Source: Desulfobacterales bacterium
GTDB taxonomy: Bacteria > Desulfobacterota > Desulfobacteria > Desulfobacterales > SG8-13
Direction of reading: 5' to 3'
Assembly (NCBI GenBank): GCA_051155755.1
Contig: DAXETY010000030.1
Location: 4,551-68,550, forward strand
Length of the DNA stretch: 64,000 nucleotides
Made by a program: the position numbers and the translations under genes. The notes under the pieces are model-generated. The model saw only the letters and a program-made list of their open reading frames with translations, had not been told where the DNA came from and ran no database searches. Shown here piece after piece: positions 11,701 through 20,600 of the stretch; positions within the stretch are counted from its first letter, which is position 1, and each line of letters starts with the position of its first letter.

Positions 11701-12279
11701 GCGCTGGAGCCTTCTCCGGATTACCAGCGACCTGCCGTGCTCGGCGGCAACGGCTACAAACGCAGCCCGGATGAAGTGTACGAAAAAATCCTGTTCCACG
11801 GCCCCGACCTGCAGGGGATCCGGCAAATCGTGCATCTTTCCGACCATGGCATGGTGGCCGGTATCGCTGCGGCACCGTCGCCGGCCGCCTGGATGACATC
11901 TCCGCTGCGAAAACACTGGCTCAGCGATCCGCTGGTGCTGGACGCCGCCTTTCAGATGGCTTCGGTCTGGTGTTACGAAAGGATCGGCGCAGTATCCCTG
12001 CCCAGTTATTGTGCGCAATATCGCCAGTACCGCCGGGCGTTTCCGGCCGCAGGCGTTTCCGCCGTGCTGGAAGTGGAAGAAGCCACCCCCCGCCGGCTGA
12101 AAGGGCAATTTACCTTCGTGGATGAGGAAAACCGGGTGGTGGCGCGAATGATCGGCTATGAAGCTGTTGTGGATCCGTCACTGAACCGGGCCTTCAAACC
12201 CGACGGTGACACCGGGAACATCGAAAGTTCCTTGAACGCCGGAACGACCCTGCCGCAAAAGCGGGCGGCAACCGGATAG
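5752..12279 (+). CDS. pfaA: PfaA-like iterative type I PKS/PUFA synthase (KS-AT-ACP-ACP-KR-DH)
   Basis: KS DAACASS, HGTGT, GHTK; AT GQGSQY, GHSFG, AFHS; two ACPs LGIDSIKRVEIL; KR GGARGI, DYAMANE; C-terminal hot-dog DH (HPVLKSHV, LFHG). Confidence 0.92.
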   Translation: MKTETETNGASDIPIAVIGLGCLFPRSNGLHEYWRLLLEGEDAIGEVPPSHWSAGDYFDPDPKKPDHTYCTRGGFLSPVIFDPTEFGIPPNSLEATDTSQLLGLVAAKMALEDAGYVDGKDFARERTSVILGVTGTQELVVPLASRLGHPRWRQALQQAGVSPETSEAVIDGIAQSYVPWQENSFPGLLGNVVAGRICNRLNLGGTNCVVDAACASSMGALHLALMELYAGRSDMVITGGVDTLNDIFMHMCFAKTRILSPTGDIRPFSQDADGTLLGEGVGLLVLKRLADAQHDGDRIYAVLRGIGSASDGRSQSIYAPRKEGQERCLQSAYAAAGIDPATVSLVEAHGTGTRVGDKVEFEALKTVFASRNGSSERCALGSVKSMIGHTKAAAGAAGLIKAVLALHHKVLPPTLKVQQPDAQLDIENSPFYLNTRSRPWFAGEGQSRRAGVSAFGFGGSNFHVVLEESGPSKTDTAWDSQVEILALSADSKPALLEKLHRLQNDAASAYENDRFSVLAADTRGEFSAEAAHRWLWAADHGTMKTRGPSAILAEALQAIGPDASDLRPVNRSIFYGKGPKNGGLAFLFPGQGSQYPDMGRDLVCRFPEAFAVLENANRHVEGERKLTDWIYPESPAARANRPPDGLTDTRIAQPAIGAVSLAMLRVLQRFELRPQALGGHSFGELTALAAAGRLPQPEFLKLAAARGRLMGDAGRRQPGGMTAVQAPLERIEDLIAEHGLDLVLANRNAPNQGVVSGAPAALKTFETLCRYQGIRSVRLPVSAAFHSPLVAEALKPFQEVAARVAFQSATIPVYANATAGIYPAGEDESAALMARQLRQPVCFVEMIRAMHRDGMRMFVEIGPRKILSGLVSAILAEEPSVRTVAMDASGGRHSGLYDLAEVLCTLAAAGYGPNLRRWGNATRKKRSTRMQVRLTGANHVSQKTTFAPPPAPAKPRPSSNRTQNQQEPRPALPAAAASRHDDAIGNQTMNKDARFTSGDEFIRQAMAAVQQGLQTMQSLQEQTARAHEKFLETQKEASRTLQMMMDSTRRLTEPSAASPLPATLPASEGSENHTTAAPVNPGVIHREAADTSVDSIEKPAAAVAEDRPPSLPAAKSKTQEPRPPALADAPDAQTAVGAGSSRLLEVMLAVVGELTGYPVETIDPGMDIEADLGIDSIKRVEILSALEERLPELPTVPPDVLGRTKTLREIEALLDRETAADSFSPEDPSERPAPSETAAKSAATAAGPGPLMELVRNVVSDLTGYPTETIDPDMDIEADLGIDSIKRVEILSAVEERMPNLPPIAPEVLGRLKTLAQIVEQFQKGPAAEPNPADEMPTVEEPSQSAAPASQADPDSPPQPLDRYRLKAVKQRSASSHGGLTIPAGRKVFITEDGGGFAAAIADCLGERGINTVLVSHDILRHRSRLPAAGGLILVTGPQTTLDTDYLKALFELTRSQAEPLMTSATAGGALFATITRMDGSFGCDGEGIANPLQGALAGLAKTAALEWENVRCRALDVSPSWTDVTAAAEAVAAELLESAATDAIEVGLDRDRRIVLEMETAALAETDPTDVGLDDGDLVLVSGGARGIAAAAARALAARARLKLLLLGRSPAPKVEPEWLDGLQSEAEIKKAILAHEFSDDRIPPRRLEAAYQRILANRQVIRTLAVIRATGSEAFYHSVDVRDREAVSRIAAERQREFGPVRALIHAAGVLQDRLIVDKTPEQFETVFSTKVDGLLALLQAVEFSQLKHLVLFSSVAGRSGNRGQADYAMANEALNKIARQLAVELPHVRVRAVNWGPWDGGMVQPALRREFERRGISLIPVNQGCSHLLGEMALKSSDVEIVVGAAQLSPPQTRPQLEVSAPPAVDPAEAELTLAFARDIDIETHPVLKSHVIAGRPVVPLALMAEWFGQSALHENPGLILQGLEDMRVLKGIDIDGKAKRVRLMAGRPNRSGAHYEVPLEIRDASDRVLHSRARAILTDALEPSPDYQRPAVLGGNGYKRSPDEVYEKILFHGPDLQGIRQIVHLSDHGMVAGIAAAPSPAAWMTSPLRKHWLSDPLVLDAAFQMASVWCYERIGAVSLPSYCAQYRQYRRAFPAAGVSAVLEVEEATPRRLKGQFTFVDEENRVVARMIGYEAVVDPSLNRAFKPDGDTGNIESSLNAGTTLPQKRAATG

Positions 12280-12308
12280 TCAACAACCACCGCAAAGCGG
12301 ATGGCTTG
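12278..12308 (+). mobile_element. IS200/IS605-end-like hairpin, copy 1
   Basis: AGTCAACAACCACCGCAAAGCGGATGGCTTG; near-identical to 46406 and 61931. Confidence 0.55.
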
Positions 12309-12311
12309 GAT

Positions 12312-12569
12312 TTACCTGCTGCGACACTCGGCGGCCATCAACCAACGAAAAAAAGATCCGCCATAGCCGGGGCCGGGATATCGCCTTCCGTACCGCTTCA
12401 TGTAGAGGCCGTAATCCTCGCCTCGTAGAATCGCGTGGACCACCGCAACGCTCAGCACCGTATCGTCGGTAAAGGTTGAGTGGCGGGGAAACTATGGAAA
12501 TTCGGTGTGTTTCACCGGTCGGTGCTCATACATTGAACCGATCACATCGCCTGCAATGGCACCCGGCAT
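12312..12569 (-). pseudogene. Truncated ADP-ribosylglycohydrolase (DraG/ARH family) N-terminal fragment with internal TAG
   Basis: MPGAIAGDVIGSMYEHRPVKHTEFP*FPRHSTFTDDTVLSVAV...YGRRYPGPGYGGSFFRWL. The GAIAGD and TDDT motifs are diagnostic. Stop at 12492-12494; only about 85 codons remain. Confidence 0.8.
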
Positions 12570-12761
12570 CGACGGCCTCCGCTTCCCTGAATCTTGGATT
12601 CCGCAGAAATATTGCTTGATTATTTGGGTGATTGGACTATGATAAAAGACAGGTTTTGGTGCCCCTGCATACCGGTAAGCGCCTGAACCGTCACTTCTTT
12701 TAAGTTGGGCGTTCCGCGGCCGGGGTCAATGGTAACTGCGCACTTCAAAGGAGTTTGTGAT

Positions 12762-12962
12762 TTGCCCGAAGGAACTGTCAAATGGTTTAACGATCGGAAA
12801 GGGTATGGGTTCATCACCAAAGACGAAGGTGGAGACCTGTTCGTGCATCACACGGCCATTTTAATGGAGGGTTACCGCACCCTGACGGAGGGACAGCGCG
12901 TCCGCTTCGAAATCGAGGACGGCAGTCGCGGACCGGCAGCCAAAAACGTGGAAAAATTGTAG
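12762..12962 (+). CDS. Cold-shock protein (CspA family)
   Basis: [31 protein letters not shown]; TTG start after AAGGAG. Confidence 0.95.
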   Translation: MPEGTVKWFNDRKGYGFITKDEGGDLFVHHTAILMEGYRTLTEGQRVRFEIEDGSRGPAAKNVEKL

Positions 12963-12982
12963 CCGCAACGATCGGTAAAAAC

Positions 12983-13015
12983 AAAAAACCCCGCCCAGCC
13001 GGACGGGGTTTTTTT
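12983..13015. terminator. Bidirectional intrinsic terminator
   Basis: AAAAAACCCCG-loop-CGGGGTTTTTTT between convergent genes. Confidence 0.85.
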
Positions 13016-13038
13016 ATTGGGTTTCAAATTTCCGGGAC

Positions 13039-13650
13039 CTATAAAAGCCCCGCTTTTTTCTTGACCCGCAGCAGTCCCGGGCCCGTATTGAGAAACATCA
13101 AAGACGAGCGCAAGCCCAGCCGCAGAAAGCACTGCTCCAGCGCATCGAACAGCACCGGCCGATCCGGCCAGGTAAAGGTTCTTCGCCGGGTTTCAAAAGC
13201 ACGCCACTGGTCCTGCAACACCGGATCGGCGGCCAGAACCTCCTGTTGGACGCGGTTGCACAGGAACATGGCGCAAACGATGGGTCGAAGCTTCCAGCCG
13301 CAGCCGGCCCGGCCCAGATAAATACACTTGTCCCGGCGTTCGGGACGCTGCAGTCGCGCCACCAGCGCGTCGATATCCGGTTCCGCAGAATCCAACACGT
13401 TAACCGCCACATCGGCGAAGAACACCACGATGCCGTCCTTCGAACAGCAGGCACTGAGCCTGCGCCGAAAACACTGTCGCGTGCAATGGGCCGCAAAATG
13501 CTTCGCCTGAAACGCATCCAATTCCCTGCGAAACCGCAGATAGGGCTGCACCATCTGCCGCAACCCTTCGATCTCGCCGATGGACAGCCTCCCCAGTCCG
13601 CAGATCACCGTCTGAAAGGCGTCGTATTGTTCCTGCTGATATTCGTTCAT
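13039..13650 (-). CDS. Cys-rich hypothetical protein (YkgJ/Fe-S or Zn cluster-like)
   Basis: CTRQC...SACC and CIYLGRAGC...RPIVCAMFLC; start overlaps the gspD stop. Confidence 0.7.
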   Translation of the reverse strand: MNEYQQEQYDAFQTVICGLGRLSIGEIEGLRQMVQPYLRFRRELDAFQAKHFAAHCTRQCFRRRLSACCSKDGIVVFFADVAVNVLDSAEPDIDALVARLQRPERRDKCIYLGRAGCGWKLRPIVCAMFLCNRVQQEVLAADPVLQDQWRAFETRRRTFTWPDRPVLFDALEQCFLRLGLRSSLMFLNTGPGLLRVKKKAGLL

Positions 13651-15512
13651 GGAGAAACGGGTGGACGGATGTCGCCGTTGGCGGCCGGATCGGTCACAGG
13701 TGCCTGCACCGCGGCCTGCAAAGGATTGCGAACGATCCGCGGTGTCAAAAATACGAAAAAACGACTCGAACGACTTTGATCCGCGTCGATGCGAAACAGC
13801 GGTCCGATCGCCGGCTGATCTCCCAGGAACGGTACCTTGCGCTGGTTGTCGTTCCGGCTTTCTTCCACGATGCCGCCGATCACCAGCGTGTGCCCGCTGC
13901 GAAGCAACACCGAGTTGTTCAATGTCCGATGCAGGGTGGTCGGCCTGAAATCAACCGTGGACTGCACCGCCGAAAGCTCCAGGTTGAAATCGATCCGAAT
14001 CTGTTCCTTCTGTCCGATGTGGGGCGTAACGGTCAGCACGGTGCCGACGTCCCGGTATTCGAAGGAGTTGAAGGTTTCATTTTGTTCCGTGGAGGTGCTG
14101 GTTTGAAACGGAATGTTGCGACTGATATTGATGCGGGCCTCCTCGTTGTCGGTGGCCAGGATTTGCGGGGTGGATAGAATCGACACATCCTCGTCTTCCC
14201 GAAATGCCTTCAGGATGGCCGAAAGATTGTTGAAGGTCACCCCGGCGATGTCCACCGGTTCGGTAAACACCCCCAGCGAAAAGCCGTCCGCCAGCGCTCC
14301 CCCCACCAGTGCCGGCAGGGCACTCACCCCGGGGGCGTCACGAAACCCGCCTCCCACGAAAGTGTTTCGGCCCTCCAGGGTCCTTTCACCGGCCGCGCTC
14401 CACTCGATGCCCAGTTGCAGTTCACGCTGGCTGCGCACTTCCATGATCAGCGCCTCGATATAGACCATGGCGCGGGGTGCGTCCAGTTGCAGGATAACCG
14501 CCTCGAGCGCCGATTGCTGGGCCGGATCGGCATCGACAATCAGGCTGTTGGTGGCGGTATCGGCCAGAACGCGCACCGGTTGTCGAACGCCGGGCATACC
14601 GGCCGCCACCGATGACAGGATCTCGGCGGTCTCTTCAACCCGGGCAAATGAAAGCCGATGAAGCTGAATGCGTCCTTTTTCGAGCGGTTTTTTTTCGTCC
14701 AGGGCGCGAATCAGCGCTTCGATGGCGGAAACCTCCGGTTCTGGACATCGAAATACGAGCAGGTTGGATCGTTCGGCCGGAAAAAAGCGAATCGGTGGCC
14801 GTTGCGCGGCGCTCTGCGTTCCCGGCCGGGATTCGAACAAGGGATTGAGCGTTTCGGCCATCTCGCGGCTGTCGGCATATTGCAAAGGGACCGCGGCGAT
14901 TCGAGTCCCTTCGTCCTCAATGTCGACGGCATCGACAATTTTCATCAGGCGCGAGATGTTGGAAGCCGTATCGGTGACCACCAGCAGATTGGCCGAAGAA
15001 ACGCTGAGCAGGGCCCCATGTCGGGACACCAGGGGTGTCAATACCGTCTTCAAGAGGCCGGCATCGGCATAAAAAAGCGAGATTACCCGGGTGACGAGCC
15101 GGTCTTCGGTCGACGGCGCATCCACCAAGGGCAAATTTTTGGTGACCGCATCGGCGGACGGCAGAATCTTGGTTGCCGCTCCGGCATCGACCACGGTAAA
15201 GCCGTGCACATCCAACACCGAAAGAAAAACGGCATACACGTCGGCGGCGGAAATCCGGGCGGGGGAAATCACTGTGACCGTGCCCCGAACCCTGGGGTCC
15301 ACCAGAAAATTCCGTCCGGTGAGTTCGCTGACGAACCGGATGAAAACCCGGATGTCTTCGTTCTGAAAATGAAAAGTGATCCGGCGATCATCTTCGCCGA
15401 AAGTACCGGACCCGGGGGTATCGGCGGCGGCAGGGCCGACAAACGGCGCGGCCGGAATCAGCAGCAGCAGCAGAATGACGGCAATTCGCAGAATGCTCAG
15501 CGGCGGCATCAT
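13647..15512 (-). CDS. gspD: Type II secretion secretin GspD
   Basis: FQNEDIRVFIRFVSELTGRNFLVDPRVRG, N-domains, ILSTPQILATDNEEA, YRDVG, KVPFLGD. Confidence 0.92.
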   Translation of the reverse strand: MMPPLSILRIAVILLLLLIPAAPFVGPAAADTPGSGTFGEDDRRITFHFQNEDIRVFIRFVSELTGRNFLVDPRVRGTVTVISPARISAADVYAVFLSVLDVHGFTVVDAGAATKILPSADAVTKNLPLVDAPSTEDRLVTRVISLFYADAGLLKTVLTPLVSRHGALLSVSSANLLVVTDTASNISRLMKIVDAVDIEDEGTRIAAVPLQYADSREMAETLNPLFESRPGTQSAAQRPPIRFFPAERSNLLVFRCPEPEVSAIEALIRALDEKKPLEKGRIQLHRLSFARVEETAEILSSVAAGMPGVRQPVRVLADTATNSLIVDADPAQQSALEAVILQLDAPRAMVYIEALIMEVRSQRELQLGIEWSAAGERTLEGRNTFVGGGFRDAPGVSALPALVGGALADGFSLGVFTEPVDIAGVTFNNLSAILKAFREDEDVSILSTPQILATDNEEARINISRNIPFQTSTSTEQNETFNSFEYRDVGTVLTVTPHIGQKEQIRIDFNLELSAVQSTVDFRPTTLHRTLNNSVLLRSGHTLVIGGIVEESRNDNQRKVPFLGDQPAIGPLFRIDADQSRSSRFFVFLTPRIVRNPLQAAVQAPVTDPAANGDIRPPVSP

Positions 15513-16387
15513 CGGATGGAATACTCGATTTTCCGGTCACGTCCGCCGCGTTTGAGGTCCAGCGTTACGTTCTCGGAAGATTTCAGGCTGTTGTAAAAAG
15601 TCATGGCGTCATCGACCGATTCGATGGTGCGGCCGTTTACCCCGGTGATAATATCGCCGTTTCTAAGCCCCATTCGCATGAAGAGCGAATTGGGGCGGAT
15701 GCGGGACAGCATCAAGCCGTCCGGCTGTCCCCGGTAGAAATGCGGCCGAATATTCACCTGGCTCATCAGCTGGGTGACGTCCTGCATGGCCTCTTCGACC
15801 TGTCCGCGCCGCAGCGTGATGCGCTGGGTGCGTACGGGCCGGTTGGTCGGCGGTGTCGGCAGGTTGGAACGATTGATGGCGGCAGGGCGCGTTCCTGCAG
15901 CCCTTCCAGCGGCCTTTTCGAGTTCGAGCACTTCGTCTTTGCCGTTCACGTTCAGCACCACCTTCTCCCGCAGGATCATCTTGACGGTGGCATCCTGAAC
16001 CGTGTCCCCCACGCGGTAAAGGTTCTGTTCCCGCTTGCCCGATTCTTCGATTACGGCATAATCCTGCTCGGGACTACCCGTGACGGTGCCCCAGAGTTTG
16101 AGTTGCAGGCGGGTCTGCTCCAGGTTTTCCAGATCTAAGGCCCGGCTGGGCGGCGGCGCCGGAACGGTATCCTGGGTGCCGAAGAGATTCCGTTGCGCGA
16201 TCGCCTCGTAGTGCGTCGGGGGCGGTCGCCGACTGGCCTGCGATGCGTCGTCGTCTGCGGCCACTTCCGGCAGCGTCGGCAACGGATCGATCCGACTGGT
16301 GGTCACCATGTAGAAGGCATTGACGCCGAAGTACACGATCGCACCGATAAACAGCAAGTTCAGAAGCGTGAACGAATATCGGGTCAT
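15509..16387 (-). CDS. gspC: Type II secretion protein GspC (TM-HR-PDZ)
   Basis: N-terminal TM, RNLFG, LKLWGTV, PDZ GLRNGDIITGVNG; directly upstream of gspD. Confidence 0.88.
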   Translation of the reverse strand: MTRYSFTLLNLLFIGAIVYFGVNAFYMVTTSRIDPLPTLPEVAADDDASQASRRPPPTHYEAIAQRNLFGTQDTVPAPPPSRALDLENLEQTRLQLKLWGTVTGSPEQDYAVIEESGKREQNLYRVGDTVQDATVKMILREKVVLNVNGKDEVLELEKAAGRAAGTRPAAINRSNLPTPPTNRPVRTQRITLRRGQVEEAMQDVTQLMSQVNIRPHFYRGQPDGLMLSRIRPNSLFMRMGLRNGDIITGVNGRTIESVDDAMTFYNSLKSSENVTLDLKRGGRDRKIEYSIR

Positions 16388-16421
16388 CGTAATTTCCTGC
16401 TCGCGCGTTTCATGCGTTTCG

Positions 16422-17288
16422 CTATTGGGTTTTCAGCTCCAGATCATCCAGGGTCCCTGAAATCCTTACGGGTATGCCTTTGGATGCCAGTTGATTCACC
16501 AGCCCGCCGAGGCCGTCCGAGTCGGTTTCCTGCAGAATACCGGGCTGCGGTTTCAATCTGCCCTCCAGGTCCAGGCGGCTGTCGCGCAGGGAACGTCCGA
16601 TGCGGCCCGTACCGGAAAGGCTGCCTTCGACTTGATCACCGGAAAGCTGAATTTGGCGTACCTGCAGTTGTTCGTTTTTCAATATGGCATCGGCCCGCAG
16701 GGATTCAATCCGGACCTGCTTCAGTACCATCAGCGGACGGCTCAGGGTCACCTGGAGGTTATCGATCCGCGCGTCAGCGATCACGTGCCTTCCATGGGAC
16801 GCTCCATTTGTGTAGGAGACCTTTCCGGAAAACACTCCCTGCAACGGAGATTCGGAAATCATTCGCGTCAGCGGCATGTCGCTCAGATCGATTCCATGAA
16901 ACTGAACGTCCACCTGCAACAGCGGTTGGTCGTCCGTTGTGATCCAATCGGCGGTTCCCGTAATTTCGCCGCCATGGGCTAAAATGCGGAACCGATATCC
17001 GGTCCCGATCCCCAGGATGGTTTTCAGCTTGGGGTTGACCCATGCGCGTTCGGCCTCGAACAACGGTTGGTTGATGCGTTTTACGGACAATCGCCGAATC
17101 TCTATTCCGGGTGGAAAGCTCGGTTCCACCTGTTCGAGCTTCGCTTGAATTTCGGGTCCGAACTGCGCACTCTGAGCGACGATAAATCGCTCCACCGTTT
17201 CCACCGGGAAGCGCAGGTAAGCAAAAATCAACGCCAGGGCAACGGCGAACAGACCGTAAGACAGCCAGATTTTAAAATTCTTCATCAT
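16422..17288 (-). CDS. gspN: Type II secretion protein GspN-like
   Basis: N-terminal TM ending in YLRFP, beta-rich body, C-terminal ISGTL; gsp context. Confidence 0.7.
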   Translation of the reverse strand: MMKNFKIWLSYGLFAVALALIFAYLRFPVETVERFIVAQSAQFGPEIQAKLEQVEPSFPPGIEIRRLSVKRINQPLFEAERAWVNPKLKTILGIGTGYRFRILAHGGEITGTADWITTDDQPLLQVDVQFHGIDLSDMPLTRMISESPLQGVFSGKVSYTNGASHGRHVIADARIDNLQVTLSRPLMVLKQVRIESLRADAILKNEQLQVRQIQLSGDQVEGSLSGTGRIGRSLRDSRLDLEGRLKPQPGILQETDSDGLGGLVNQLASKGIPVRISGTLDDLELKTQ

Positions 17289-17344
17289 CCGGTAGTTTAT
17301 CACTCGGATCATCGCTTGGCAAGGCGTGTAAAATGAAAAGCAAA

Positions 17345-17580
17345 TCCCATGAAAGCTTGGTTTTCGCCGATTCGCCCTCTCTCCGTTTCAATTTCGGGAA
17401 CGCAACACCCTTCGGCAACCAATTGAACCAATCGAACCAATCAAACCAATTGAACCAGTTCTGCGCCCTCTCGCCGTTTCAATGACTTAGGTTCTCATCC
17501 ATTGGCATCCGGCCGACAACGGACCACGGACAACTGACAACGGACAAAGAACGCCGGCGAAGCCGGCAACCCGCAACCCA
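17345..17580. repeat. Composite repeat island B: inverted core and (AACCAATNN)x4, GGAC(A/C)AC heptamers, GCCGGC-GAA-GCCGGC hairpin, AACCCGC heptamers
   Basis: The reverse complement of 17383-17481 matches 23321-23419 at 92/99 by hand alignment; 17347-17395 also matches island A inverted. Confidence 0.9.
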
Positions 17581-17651
17581 ATTACCGATTGACCCCACGC
17601 CGAATTTATGGTTTACTTATGGTTTTTCATCCACTCATTTGGCCTTTTTCC

Positions 17652-20600
17652 ATGCAGAGCCCCTTGCAAATTGCCGTGGTCGGCATGGCCGGGATTTTCC
17701 CGGGTGCAGGCGACCTGGAGCAATTCTGGAACAATCTGATTCACAAAAAAGCGGCGGTTCGCGATGTTCCGTCGCACCGCTGGGCGGCCCCCGCGCGCTG
17801 GATGGTGCAGCCGGAACCCGCACCGGATCGGGCCAGGTCCCAGCGCTGTTGCCTGGTTGAAGATCTTGCCTTCGACCCGGAAGGCTTCGCGATCGATGCC
17901 GATCTGCTCGCAGCCCTGGATCCACTCTATCATATGGTCCTGCAGGCCGGACGCAATGCGGTTTCCAGGCCCGTTTCGGTTCGATTGAATGCCCGCCGCA
18001 CCGGTACGGTGCTCGCTGCCATCGCCCTGCCGACCGAATCGGCATCGACCCTGACCCGCAAGATGTTCCACAGCCTGTTCGAACACCAATTATTCGGGAC
18101 CTCCTCCGGCTACCGGATCCCTTCGATGAAGGAGCGGCTGGCCGCCCGGGTAACGTCGCTGCCCGCCTCGCTTCTTGCCGCCGCCCTGTCCCTGGAAGGC
18201 GGCTCGCTTACACTCGATGCCGCCTGCGCCTCGTCCCTGTATGCCGTGAAACTGGCCTGCGATGCATTGGCGGCCGGCCGGGTCGATGCCATGCTGGCCG
18301 GCGGCGTCTCGCGCCCGGACTGCCTTTACACCCAGGTCGGATTCAGCCAGCTCCGCGCCCTGTCGCCCTCCGGCCGCTGTGCCCCTTTCGACCGGGAGGC
18401 CGATGGACTGGTGGTCGGGGAGGGCGCCGGAATCCTGGTTCTGAAGCGTCTGGCGGATGCGTTGCGTGAAGGAGACAAAGTTTACGGAATCATTCGAGGG
18501 ATCGGACTTTCCAACGACATGCGCGGCAACCTGCTGGCACCCGACACCGAAGGCCAGCTTCGGGCGATGCAAACCGCCTATCGGGTATCGGGTTGGAATC
18601 CCACCGACGTGGATTTGATCGAGTGCCACGGTGCCGGAACGCCCGTGGGCGATGCCACCGAACTGACCAGTCTCACGGCGCTGTGGGCCGATCATCAATG
18701 GCGGCCGGGCCAGTGCGCCATCGGCTCGGTCAAGTCGGCCATCGGCCATCTGCTTACCGCCGCGGGTGCCGCCGGAATGATCAAGACGCTGCTGGCCATG
18801 CAAGCCAAATCCCTGCCGCCTTCCCTGCACTTCTCGGAAGCTGCGGCCGACAGTCCGCTGGTTGGCGGCCCGTTTCGCGTAGCGATCGAAGCGGCGCCAT
18901 GGGAGCGCCGCACTCCGGACACGCCGCGTCGCGCCGCCGTCAGCGCTTTCGGATTCGGCGGCATCAACGCGCACCTGCTGCTCGAGGAGCCGCCGATTTC
19001 GGCTGAAGAACGCACGGCGCATGCGCAACCTGAACGCGTCCCTGCGATGACGACGACAAGCGGCGGTCCGGATGCCGCACCGATTGCCATCACGGGCATG
19101 GAAACCATTTTCGGTGCGGCGGGATCGCTCGAGGCCTTTCAGGACCGCATCTTCCAGACCGCACCCGGGCTGTTGCAGCGGCCGGCCGACCGATGGAAGG
19201 GTTGTGAAGCCCTGCTGGCGGACGTGCCGGATTTATTTCGCCTGCACGGAGGATTTTTCGAGTCCATTTGCCTGCCCTCGGACATGTTTCGGATCCCGCC
19301 GCGGGAACTGCCGGAAATCTTGCCCCAACACCTGGTCATGCTGCAGGCAGCCGCCGGTGCCCTGATCGACGCCGCCATGCCGCTGCGCCGGGAACGAACC
19401 GATATGGGCGTCATCGTCGGTCTGGATTTTGATTACGAAGCCACCAATTTTCAGTTCCGCTGGTCCCTGTACGAACGCATCGACCGCTGGTGTGAAACCA
19501 ACGGTCTGCCTCTCGACACCGAAGCGCGCATCCGCTGGCGCGAGGCCCTGCAGCAGGCAGCCGGCCCCCCTTTGACCTCGACCCGGACGCTGGGCGCACT
19601 GGGCGGTGTGGTCGCCAGCCGGTTGGCACGGGAATTTCGTTTCGGCGGTCCGAGTTTCGGGGTGTCCTGTGGTCGAATCTCGGGCCTGAGAGCTCTGGAA
19701 ATCGCCGTCCGGATGCTTCAGCAGCAAGAAACCGCAGCCATGCTGGTCGGCGCGGTGGACATGGCCGGAGACTTGCGGGAGATGCTCGTCGGCATGCAAT
19801 CCTATTCCCGAGGTGATGCCATCCGTGCCTTCGATCGCGAATCGGACGGCACCCTGCCCGGAGAAGGCGCCGCAGCGGTGGTGCTCAAGCCGCTGGATCG
19901 AGCCCTGAAAGACGGCGACCGCGTTTATGCCGTCATCCGGGGGGTCGGCATCTCCGGCAATGCGCAGATGGGTACAACCGCTTCGGGCCCCCGTATCGAT
20001 GCCATCACACGCGCCCTGGCCGAGGCCCAACTCGAGACTTCATCCATCGACCACATTGAAGTGCACGGTAGCGGTGTCCCTGCCGAAGACGATGCGGAAG
20101 CACATGCGCTTTCTTCCCTGCCGGTGAAATCGGGGCGCAGCCGCAGTGTCGGCGCCACCGCGCCGATCCTGGGCGACACCGGATGTGCGGCAAGTCTGGC
20201 CGGCCTGATCAAAACCGCGGTTTGTCTCCACCAGCGCCGAATTCCGCCGCTGGCCACCCCGCGCATCCCGGTGTTGCCGGCCATGGACTTTCCGGATCGA
20301 AGCCGGCCGTGGCCGCAGTCCGATCCAGCCACACCGCCGCGTGCCTGCCTGACCATGGGGAGCGACGATGGAAACGCAGCCGCCGTTGTCCTCGAGGCTG
20401 CAAAACGCCCCGACAATGGAACGCAATCCCGGGCTGAAAACATCCGATCCGATCACCGGCCGGTGGAAGGACGGAGGCTGTCGATTCCGGTCGGCGGCCC
20501 CAGGCTGCAGGCCGTGCCCTGGAAGCACTTTGCACACGGGCAGCTGACAACTTCAGCTGCGGCGTCCGAAACCGCTCCGGCAAACGCCGTACGCGAATAC

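Noticed and set aside
12492-12494. Pyrrolysine read-through of the TAG in the ARH fragment
   Set aside because: The gene is also truncated to about 85 codons, and the TAG is one substitution from the expected Leu codon TTG.
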